DNA from: Paraspadella gotoi
Lineage: Eukaryota > Animalia > Chaetognatha
DNA: 64,000 nt
Assembly: GCA_051294375.1 (NCBI GenBank)
Contig: CM119266.1
Span: 5,013,770 to 5,077,769, forward strand
Reading direction: 5' to 3'
Shown: positions 41,801 through 54,162 of the stretch, one piece after another
How positions within the stretch are numbered: position 1 is the stretch's first letter
Layout: the number at the start of each line of letters is the position of its first letter
Notes under the pieces: model-generated
The model's input: the letters and a program-made list of their open reading frames with translations, nothing else
Database searches by the model: none
What the model was told of the DNA's origin: nothing
Program-made: the position numbers and the translations under genes

Positions 41801-42631
41801 CACTTTCTATCCCCAGTCTCCCACCTTCTATCGCCCCTTTCTCCCACCTTCTATCCTCTACCCTCACCCCTTCTATCCCCCTTTCGTCCACTTCTATTCC
41901 CCAGTCTCCCACCTTCTATCGCCCCTTTCTCCCACCTTCTATCCTCTACCCTCACCCCTTCTATCCCCCTTTCGTCCACCTTCTATCTTCCCTTTCTATC
42001 CTCCCACCTTCCATTTCCTTAGGCTTCTCCGTTTTCGGTTGTTTGTCGTAATAAAAAATTCCATCTTCGTAAAGAAAATTGAGACAAGCGTGAAAGAGGA
42101 CGTAGTCGATGCAGCGGTTGTACTCTGTCGCTTCGCAGGGGCAGTCGTCCTCTGTGAGGGGGGGAGGGGTAAGGGGTGTGGGTAAGTTAGTCTCATGAGT
42201 AGATTAGCGGGGTTCAATTGGTATAAGCGAAAAAAGAAAGGGTTTCTATGTTTTTAACAATTAACTCGGTAGACTAACTGGAGTGACTGAAAAAATTAAA
42301 GAAAAAGCTCATATCCAAGTATATTAAATGTTGAAGAAAGAAGGCTAAGATCCTTTATTAAAGAACTTTATATTGAAGATGCTGGAAGATTAAGACAGGG
42401 TTGGCAAAGTATTCTTGTCATATAAACTTACCTTTGACGCAATATTCCATGAGGTCGTTGAGAAGTTTTGGATCGAGAAGAAAGAGGATGTTGAATCGAT
42501 GCAAGATCTGTCAGTGAAGGGTAAGTGAGAGGTAAGGAAATCCGAAATGAAATCCATTGTCACGCTGTCACGAAAATGTCAATGGCTGGTTTGACGATTT
42601 TAGTGTAATTTGTGGATAAATTCTTTTTTTA

Positions 42632-42716
<85 letters not shown>

Positions 42717-43653
42717 CCTTCCTGACTTCATTGGCGTGAATCTTCCCCTGACACTTTTTGTCCTCGTTATAAAAAGCGATCATTAATTCTTCGAACCGAA
42801 AGAATTTATTCTCGTGCAAAGTTTTACGAAGATTAGACACGATCTCCCTATAGAAAAAAATTTGCCCTGTAGATCGCTATAAAGAGACAACATTTTCTTG
42901 TCTTTTTTTGAGACAGCTACATTGCATTTCCTTTTTGTGAAATGTAATTTAGTATTATTAATAGGAATACGTATTGTACGATTGTATAGTAGGGTGGAGT
43001 GATGAAAAGATTGAGCGATGGAACAATGTTTTTTTGCTGCCTTTGTATATGTAATAAAAAATAATTAAGCCCTTTTTTAAAAAAAAATTACATAACAGTA
43101 TCATTAATCGAATTTTTTTTATAGTAATAACCTTATAAAATCATAAAATTTTAAAATCATATTTTTTTAATCTTAAGAACAGTTTTGGATTCGCCGGAAA
43201 AAACTGAAAAACTTTTGTAAAATATGTTACATGATATTTTTAGGTTAAAGCTGTAAAAAATTACCAAAACGTTTCATCATATAATAGTTTTTACTACAAA
43301 GTGTAAAAAATTAGAGAATTTGATCTTTTTTTTCCAGAAGACATTGAAATTTTTAATAACATATTTTATATTTTTGATCTAACTTTTTATGAAAAATCAG
43401 AATTTGTAATAAAAATTTTAAAAAAAATATTTTGAAAATTTATGATTTTATAAGAATATTACTATAAATATATTGTAATTAATGATACTGTTCCCCAAAC
43501 AATATAAGCAAAATATTTTTTGTACTCCCTAATCATACTATCTCACATCTAAATATCCTTGTTTGATCATTCAAATAAAATTTATGCTCCCCAGTGCTCC
43601 ACTCTATTGTATAGGGTTGTATAGTGTATACGATTGTACCTTTATGGTTAACG

Positions 43654-43699
<46 letters not shown>

Positions 43700-45307
43700 A
43701 AGAGAGAAACCGCCATCCCTTACGACTACAAACAGATTCCAAGGTAGTAAACCTCTCTCCGAGACAATACTCAAAATACTAGACAGACTGACCAACCTAA
43801 ACATAATCTTGTTTCGATCCGACGTCGGATACATGAGTTGATCGTGGACGAGCATTTTGACGGTGGTGGGATCTTTCTCCGGCGGATGCCCGAACACGAA
43901 GTCGTCCCCCACTTGCTTCAGGATGCGATTCGGCTGCAGAGGCCGGCCTTTTTTTTCAGGAGGGAATTGGTTAAGGGAGAGAGTAAGTTTAATATTACAT
44001 TTTTTTAAAGAGATTTTTCTTTGTATTCACTGTATTTAGTATAGCCTCAAGTCGAACTAACATAACTATACTATGGTAAGTTTTCTGAGTCTTGAGTTCT
44101 TTTAAATTGTTTGCAGAATTTTGGATTGCTTGTTAGATTATAGTTTGAGAGTTACAATCAATTACAATCATTTGGGTAAGCACTCTTGGAATTCCTTACC
44201 TAACTTGACTTTCCATTGATCCTCGTAATCCCACTGATCAAAGCTGACGAGGGGAGTCTTCTCCTTCTTTGCCAACACCGCTCCGTCCTGCGCAGCGCGA
44301 TTTAGCGTAGCGTAACGTATCGTGGATTAGCGTCGTATAGACGGAGCGTGGCGTTTGGTGAGGACATGAGGGTCAGGAAATTTAATTTACTTTGTTGGTT
44401 AAGGTCCAGTCAACAGAGTTGAAAATTATTATTATTTTTATTATTATTATTTCTTTTATGAAGAATCCTTGAAAAAATATTTATTGAATCTAATAAACTT
44501 TAGAAGCGTAGCATTTCAGAGGTTAAAAGTTTGTTACCCATTTAGATTCTGTTCAACGTAAAAGTTTAGCTGCTCTGAAACATATTTGTTCTCAACAAAC
44601 AAAATTTTTAAAAATGGAACCAAAAGTTCCATTTAAATTCTTCCCGTTGAAAGAGCAGTGGGGAGGTTGAGGGGAAAAGGCAGTGAAGAAAAAGAAAAAA
44701 ACAACAACAACAAAGATTATTTTTTGTTCTTGGCCTTAAGTCGAAATTCCGTTGTTGCTTGGAAATTCTCAGCTTACCACAACCGACCAGAACCGTTCAC
44801 AAACGATCATATTCACTATAACTGACCCCGACAATCTCTGACAGACCACAAAAGACCACAAAAGTCCATAATAGATTGTGACCTACCAAAAACGACCTGA
44901 ACCAACCAAAAATCGACCACAACCGACTAAAATAGACCACTTTTTTGACCACTACCACAACTGTCCACTACCAAACCCCCCCCATTTTACCTGAGCTCCC
45001 CGTTTTGCCCCCAATCCCCTTTTATCGAGATGAGTGTCGATCCCCATCGTCGCTTTAGCATCGAAAGAATCGAAGTATTTTCGATTGATCTGTTCTCCCG
45101 GCCAGAACGATTCGTGACTTTTATTGGGGGCGGGGAGGGATGGGGTGAGAGGAATGTGGAAATTTGACGTATTACATCATTTAAGTTATCGTAAATTGTA
45201 TTTTTACTTTCTTTATAGCCTGATTAAGTTTCCCCGCTATCTGATTCGTGAATTACGTCCTTCTTAATTAAATAGCGCATTTTTTAAAATCATTGTATGA
45301 GTGGAAA

Positions 45308-45340
<33 letters not shown>

Positions 45341-48300
45341 AAAGGGGAGTGATTGAATAAATAAATGAATGAATGAATGAATGAATGAATGAATGAATGA
45401 ATGAGTGACTCTCGTCTCACGTTTTCCTGTACAACTCGTGACCCTTCACAGCTTCGATCTCCACAGTTTCACGCGTCTTTCTCGGATTCACGATCGGCGG
45501 AAGAGGATCACGGATCGACGCGTCACCGAACGTCGTTTTCTCTCTGTCCAAATCTTTTTTTAAGGGGTTGGTGATGTCGGGGAGAAGTGAAGTCCAAATT
45601 ATGAAAAAACGCGCCCCCCCCCAAAGAATAATTCTTTATTTTGGCAAATCGGGTAGTTTTAATGTAAGTGGTTAATTTAGTATTGTTGTGCCATTTTATC
45701 CATTTTCCTATGCTAAAAAAGTCAAATTTAGCCTTCATAATAAACTTTCCTTAAAAAGAAACTCACGGTCGGGCAGCGGCGGTATGTGATACGTTTGTGA
45801 TTTTCCCACGGGAAACGCGTGTCTAAAGTGTGCGGGATAATTGAGGGTAAGTTTACCGCTCTACCGCGGCGAAGATTAATTCCTTCTTCCTCACCTTAAG
45901 TAATGAGCGACTTTTTCATCAGATTCGATGTTCGATTGTTGAAAATTAGTTTTCGGCGGAGGATTGACAACGTCTTTGATTTCCACTGAAAGCGATAATG
46001 ATAATTATTTACTATAATTGAATTCGTGTTGTAATTGGCGCCTCTTCATCCGGGTAATTTGTGAACTGACCCCTGGGATGTGTGATTCCGTGCCTCAAGC
46101 AATAAGCTCGTCGCCAGTAATCGAAGTCGTAATATCTGTAGAGAGTCTCATATTATCAGGGGCAAGATAGCTTATTTATTAAATGAATGGATAATTTTTA
46201 TATTGGTTGTACCAATTTCATTTCATTAAATTTTCCCAATCTAACTCAGATCGTCTTCCCTCAGCCTTTTTTAGTTTTTCTTCTTCTTTTCTCATCTAGT
46301 TTTTCTACATATTTTTTTCCTTCTCCCTCCCATTCATTTCTGCATGTTAATAATATATTAATGTATAAATTTATATATTTATTTTAACTATTTATTTTTT
46401 ACCTTCCTTCTTTCCTATTTATCTCGCAACTTATTCCCTTCCTCATTCTTTCCCTTCTAACGTCCTAATTCCCGTTGCTATCTTCCTTTCCTCCCCATTC
46501 CTTCCCCTTTTCCCCCCTTTCCCCTTTTCACCTTTTCCCCTTTTCCCCTTCCCTCCTCGTAAACTAAATTCCTCCCCCCCCCTCTCCCCCCTCCTATCTA
46601 ATAAATCGTCGTCGTCATCCCTACTGACGTTCCGTGAGTTCGCCGCGTGTTGATCGAGTGACCGAGACAAGGCACATGGTTGTGAATCTGCCAGAATTTT
46701 CTGCTGACTTCGTTTTCGGGCATTTTTCCGATTCCGGGTTTGAGGAGTTTGGCGACGGTCATCCCGTCGTCTGGGGGAAGGAACCCCGCCGCGTCGATGG
46801 CTGGGGGTTTTGGGGGGTGTAGAAGGAGGTAGGGGGGCGTGGAAGGAGGGTTGGGGGGGCGTGGCGGATGATTCCGTAATTATTATTATTATTATTTCTT
46901 GTATTCTATTCTGATTTAAAATTGTTTAAATTCGACCAAATTTGGTTTTTGGTAAGTAGTTCGTTTTTTTTTTTGGTGGGGGAATGGGTCATGGATGTTA
47001 GCTTAAGCTTAAATTAATGATTTATGAGAAAACTTAACGTATTTATATTAAATATGACGTCATAATCATTGGTTTTGCTAAACCAAAACCCTGATTTAGA
47101 AAGTCACAATTGTATTTTTGCAAATTTCCAGCAATTTTCGAAAACCTAACATTGTCAAAAAGTTTCAAGTGCTATATTTGTTTCACTTATAGCCTAAAGG
47201 ACATGTTTCCTTCTGGTTTAAAATTAGTCTGTCTTGTTAAAAGCCTATGACTGGTTTCATAACCGATATTTTTGAAGAAAAAAAACAAACTTTAAACCCG
47301 GGAAAATATTTGTGTTTAGTTTTGGCACTTTTCCATTTGACAAATAGCTTGGATATTTTTAAGATTATCCTCGCTTAGTTTGCTGACTTTTCACTTGCCC
47401 CCATGACTGACAATAGCAGTAATGAGGAATCTATATTAACTTAACTTAATATATATTGTAACATAATATAGTATTTACCTTTGCATCGATCCACGAATTT
47501 GACTGCTCCTTTCGGAACTCTTTTCGGCTTCTCAATCTCAGCGCAAATTAACTTCGCCTCCATGGTTTATTTTTATATTTGTTTGTTTTGTAAATTTAAC
47601 CCCTAATCTGAACTAGTGTCAAATTTAGATTTCGAATGTATTTTGATATGGAGAAAATTGTTTTTTACTAATAATTTTCGAATAAAAAATGTTTTTTTTT
47701 GCTTCACAAAGAGGGTACGCTTCGAATTTATAAAACGCTAATAAATAGCGAAAGGTCCGATCATTAATTAAACTCCTCACAAACACACACGCACACAAAA
47801 ATAAAATTATCCAATTTTTAATATTTCCGTCTTTTCATTTCCCGCGGATTTTCGAAAAAGCCGACTCCCTCTCTATAATTTATTTTTTTCATTTCGGGCG
47901 ATTGTGTCAAAGTTATTTGCATAGAAAAATGTAAGGCAGCGTCGGAGGTGAGAAATGTAGCATCGGCGCGCAAATTTAAAAATTTGTTTTTTCTTCTTAA
48001 ATTTTAATTTTTGTTTTCCATCCTGGAATTTCTTTTTGCGCATTAAACCTGAAAGCAGATTTTTCGTAGAATTTTTTTATTTTTAGACAACCCGAGTAAA
48101 AATTGTACAAAGCGGCTTATTTTGAGAGAGTGGGAGGGTGAGAGGTAACAATTTTACAAATTTCATTGTTGTCGCATAAAATGTAAAATAATTTTCGTCT
48201 TGATAATACTTGTCGAGTTTAAACACCAGCCACATAGCAACTCTTGTTTTCAAAACAAACAAAGTCTTATTTATTTTACAATCCTGACAAATTCGTTTTA

Positions 48301-51300
48301 ATTCTGAAGGCAAAGAATAAATTTTGGCAATCATGTCTCGGGGATTAAGAGATAATCTTCCAAAGCTAAATGTTTCTAGCGTACGACGTTAAAGGGGGTC
48401 CAGCAGACATTTTGGTCACGATCTGAATTTTAGATGTGCGTCGATCGGATGATGGAGGCATCCCCCATGGATTGGTTTTGTAACTAATACTAAATATTAA
48501 TAAATAGTTAAATTTCAAGAATATTTATCAGAAATTTTGCGAAACAATATTGTAATTTTTAATTCGTTGTAACGAAGATGACCTAACTTACTTTTCACCT
48601 TCTCCTCTACTCCCCAAAAGATTTAATTATAAATATAATAAGAGATGAGAGAAAAAAGCGAAATAGAGAGGGAGAGGGAGAGAAAGGTGAAAGAGAGAGT
48701 AGGGATAGGGAGAGCGAGACGAAAGAGAGAGAGAGAGAGTGGGGCAGGAGGGAGAGAGAGTCGGTTGCAACGGATTTAACTCTTTTTTTTTTTCTGCCGT
48801 CGGTCGAACTTCCCTCAAAAAGTCCCCCCTCCTTTTGCCCCCCCCTCTCTTCGGACCTTTTCACTCGACTTACCTTTTCTTGCCTTACCTTTTTTGGCGA
48901 ACGGATTTTGGCTTCACTTTGAGAGCAAACGGCGCGCGCAACGAAATTGATTTTTTTTTTTCAAATAAAAATATACATGAATTTTTTTTAATAAAAAAGA
49001 AATTTTTTTCTCTGATTTTCGAATAAAACAAAAAATGTGGAGAATTTTTTTGGGGATTTTCTTTGCTAGTTTGACCGCGGCGCAGAGAGAAGACGCTAGC
49101 AAGTATGTAAAGCTAAACAAAATTTTAATTGTGCATTTGTTTACATTTCTAATTACAAAAAAACTATCCCGTCCTAAAAAAAATAGATTCTATTGCCGTC
49201 AACCGGGCCCCGTCAAGGGTCCCTGCAACGAGAAGCTCGATCGATGGTTCCACGATTTCAAATCTGGAAATTGCATTCCTTTTGAATACGGAGGATGCAA
49301 TGGAAATAACAATAACTTTGCCAGCCAAGAAGATTGCCAGTCGCTTTGCAAAGGTAAGATTTTTAGATCTTTAAGTTTTAATATTATTTTGTTTGAGCAA
49401 TAAACCTGTTGTATTTTTACCAATCAGTACTAAGATTTAGTCTTGAAAATTTCGTTATGAATATATTTTGAATCTTTAACTTTGATGATATTTGGTTTCC
49501 GCAATTTGGCGCCTCTTTCTAACTTTGGTTTTCGTTGTGTCTTTTGTTTTTAAAATATTAATCTTTATTTTCCTTCCTCAAAACCAAAAAACTATTACAG
49601 AGAATGATTATAACGATAAAAATTCCCCAAAAAAGGCACAGCCTCGGCCAAGTTTCACTCCACAAAAAAGGGCGGGACTTGCGTCAACTTTCCAAACGAA
49701 CCCCACTGGACTCCCTGGGGTCTCTGTACGCACATGTGCGCACAGTACGACGACGCATCCTGCCCGTCCGATCAAAAGTGTTGCTTCAACGGCTGCGGAT
49801 TCCAATGCGTCCATCCCGACTCGGCCTCTTGGGGTCTCAAGATCGGAGAATGCCCGGATCCTCTCGTCCACCCGCTCGAGTCGGTCGTCCGCGCCGGCGG
49901 CGCTGCGCCGCCCTGCATGACCGACAACTCTTGTCGGCATCGGGAAAAGTGCTGCGTGTATCCGGGCGTCGGTTCGGTCTGCGTGCCGGCCGTGGAGGAT
50001 CTAGAGGCACGAGCGAAGCCTGGAACGTGTCGTCGGAAGTTTGAAGGGGAGATTGACTGCGGAGGAGAGAGAGAAGAGTGTCGCCGCGACGAAGACTGCG
50101 AAGGAAATGAGAAATGCTGCGATCTGGGTTGCGGCAACGAATGCTCTTTGCCGCAAGAGTTGATGACCACGAGATCCACGACCACAATGACGACCACAAT
50201 GACGACCACGACTCCGACCACAACGACGACCACGACGCCGACCACGACGCCGACCACGGAACAAGAAATGACGCCTGACGCCGACGCCTGTATAGATGTC
50301 AACGCCGCCTGTTCGGACGGACAAGATCCTTATCTATTCTGCGCTCAAGACTCTGACTGCAGCGTCGATCAGCGGTGCTGTTACGACGGCTGCGGTTACG
50401 TCTGCGGCGGGAGAGGGATTGAAGTGACCAACGCGACGACGACGAGAATGACGACGACGACAGAAACGACAACGACGCCGCCGCCCAAGCCGATCGTCAA
50501 CCTCGACTCCGGCCTCAGTCCCTTCAAGGTTTAATTATAAATTTATTTCTAATCGAAATGAATAGTGAAGGATATTAAAATATGATTTTTCAAACATGTT
50601 TGGATTTTTCAGGAAAAGCGGTTAGAAATGATTTTTTAAAAATTAAACTCACTGGGTAAAAATTAAAATATAACGAAACCTATTTAATATGTATGTTTTG
50701 AGGCTTGAATAACTTTTGATGGGGAATTTGAAGCTTGCTCCTTTTTATTTTGTATGTTTGTAAAATAATGTAATTGTAATGTATGTATATGTATGTATGT
50801 ATTGTATAATGTATGTTTAGAATTCTAACATTTTACTGTCCAGGTTTTCGGTTGGTGTCCCCCTCCATCCACCTGCAATTCCAGCGTCTTTTATCTCAAC
50901 TGCGTCACTGACAAAATCTGTCCCTTCGATCAAAAATGCTGCTTTAACGGCTGCGGCTACGAATGCGCTGCGCCGCGGCTGCCCGAGTTCCTGCGGAGAA
51001 CGCTGACTACAACTCCGGAGCCGATTGTCGCCACGACTCCTAGCGACGAGCCGACGCTGGATTCAATGAGCAGTTTTATCAAGAAAGGATTTTGTCGTCT
51101 CGAGAAAAAAAGATGCAACGGCGCAGGACCGGCGTCCGGTGAGACCTACTTTTATCAAACCTGCGCCAACGACACGGTTTGCGAAGCAGACGCCAAATGC
51201 TGCTTCGACGGCTGCGGATACGACTGTCAGCTGCCGCTGCTGTCGGACAAGCAGCCGCTGCGGGAAAAGGCGGGGGTGTGTCCGCCGCCCGGGATTTCGA

Positions 51301-54104
51301 ACGCTGAGGTGGCGTTGTGTGGGACTGACGCGGATTGCTACGGGAGTTACAAGTGTTGCGACACGTTGGGAGGTCAGGTTTATTGAATTGTTTGTTTGTT
51401 TAATAAATTGTTTGCTTTTAAACGTTGGAAAAAATTTTTTTAGTTAATTAAAGTTATGATTTGAAGTTCGTGATCGTCAAGTTTTTCCGCTGCTTTTCTC
51501 CTAATCTCATTTGCATATTGTCGTGATTTGATAGTTTCGGTACTATTTTATCCTGTTACTTTTAAAACTGAATATTAGTAGTTTTCATTAATTAATAATT
51601 ATTTATACTTTATAAATTAGCCAATGCCTTCCATCGCCACCACAATTGCCTTCTTGCATCCCCTCCAGGTCGAGAATGTGTCCCCGCCAGTTTTCCCGTC
51701 ACAGATGACCCATCTAACCCTCCACCGGAAATCCCTTCCTCCACGCCCACTCCGCGCGTCGCCTCTGTCGAAGCGATCGATGACGTCACGGACGAAGGCG
51801 ACGTCACCTCGCGCCACGCCTACTGTCGCGTAACGGATGACGTTCCGTTGCCGAGTGGACAAGCGTCCGTCGTCAAGGGGATAGTTTATTTGTACGAGAC
51901 AGGATTTTGGGGTCTGGGGGTGAGGGTCAGCTTGAAGGAACTTCCGGTGCCGAGAGGTGAGATTGCTCGCAATAAAATTTGAACTAACCTCAGTCTTTTA
52001 TGTCATTATCTTTCTTGACGCAGGACTTAACCCACCTTTGCCTGTACTAAATGAAAAAGCATGGCAGCTTTAGTGTATTTATTTAATGAATGAATAATTT
52101 CTATGTTTTACCCATTTCTAATTTTGGCGGTTAACCTTTGCGTACAACTCTGAAACCTCCCCATCCCTTTCCCCTCAAGGCCTCCCAACCTCCCGTCGAT
52201 TCCCTTTCCGCGTCGAAGTCCTTGATTCGGTCGACGCCCGCTTCGGCTGCATGATGGCGCCGGCGCTCGTCGACGGAGGACTCGGGACGGTGGAGGCGAA
52301 CGCCGAAGGGGGCGTGGACGCGACGACGGCGACGGGAAGGAGAAAGGAGTTTACGATCGGGGAAGCGACTAAGGTCTGTCTTGTTAATTCAATTATGATG
52401 GAAGAAATGGTTTTTCTTTCTCATTTGCATATTGTAGTAAATAATTTTAAGTGGGATAAATTAATTTTCGGTTTACAGATGTAAGTTTTTTTTTCATTAT
52501 GTCAGAATACTACAATTTGTACCGTAAGTTAAGTCACAGTCTAAAATTATTATTTTGATTCCACAGGCTGATTCAAGCTCACGCAAAGTTGACATCTCCA
52601 CGAACATCCTCGCCATCTCCACCGCTGCCACCAATCAACGCGTCGCCTGCTGCCGCGTACAGCGCTGCAACCACACCTGCTGTCAAGGCCCCTACACCGG
52701 TCACTGCATGGCCTTCCTGCGCCGCTACTTCTACGATTGGCGGAGCGGAGAATGCCGCCGCTTTGTTTACGGCGGCTGCGGAGCGCAGCGGAACAACTTT
52801 GCTACTCTGGAGGAATGCGAAAGGCGCTGCGCGGGTTTTCAACCTTGAAGATGGCGGATCGAAAGATCGAGATAATTTTTTTTCTTTTCATTTATTGTTC
52901 AATGTGTTTTTGTACAAACGCGGAAAAGATTGCCATAATAATTATTATTTTCAAGTTATTCTGTCGATGTACATAATAAACTTTTGCTTGTTAAAATTTT
53001 CGCCGTTTGATTGTTTTATTTGCTAAAATAGTTCAATTTTAAACAGGGTAACAAGCTAGTGGAAAGTTGTGAAGCAAATCGATGTTTATAAAACTATTTC
53101 TGTGTATATTAGAAACAAATCGTGAAAAAAATTCAGAAAATGCAAAAAAATATATGGCTTTAAAAAAAATGTAATATTGGTATTTTTTTATATTCCCATT
53201 TAAATTCCCCCTTTCCTTTTAGTTATGAACATATTGAACAACAAATGGTATTTAATCTTTGTCTCCCACTTCCCCTCCCCCCTTAAGAAAACCAATGACG
53301 GCGACCGACGAGACCCTGGCGGACGAAATAATCATCGACCTCAAAAAAGATGACGTCATCAAAGAAAAATTGGCCGACATGTTGAAGAATTCGATGCATC
53401 CTCCTGCCACTAGGAAGCCTCACGGTCAGTTGGAAAAAAACAAACAAAAGGCTAAAATAAATAATAAAATAAAAATAGATATATAATTTTAAATAAAGAA
53501 GGAAAAGATAATAAAATATTAAATTGCAAATACAAAATAATAATATTTATTTTCAAATCGTTTTTGATATTTAAAGGGCAAAGAGAAGAAGTATTCTGTT
53601 TAGAAAAATGTTAATTTTTATACCCAAACTAAAATAATTGTATAAACTATTTAACATACTATATTTTATTTCCCTCTTTGACTTTTTACTCTCTCTCAGA
53701 ATTCATATTTTAGTTCCCAACTCTGTAACGCATTTCGCTTTTCTCCTTCAGGAGGCGTCCTCATCCCTCGATTGTTCCCGCGCTTCATCCGGGTTCAGGG
53801 CAAAGAAAAGACAGAAGCCGCTTGGCAGTTGCTGCCAGGTTCGAATTATTTATGATTAATATTTAAATGATATATTTAATGTTAATGTTAATGTAATTTC
53901 AGACATACCCGGATCGAAAATGGGCTACAGCAACACCACCTTCGTGCTCAAGAAGGACAACTTCTCCAGCACTTGGTGGGAACTCAGCGAAGTCGTGGGA
54001 CGGGATGTGGTAAGTCGGTGCTGATGCTGTTGTTTGGTGCTGTCGTTGTTAACGTTTGTGATGGTGTGGTTGGTGATGGGTTTTGATTGTTGTTTTTGGT
54101 GATG

Positions 54105-54162
<58 letters not shown>

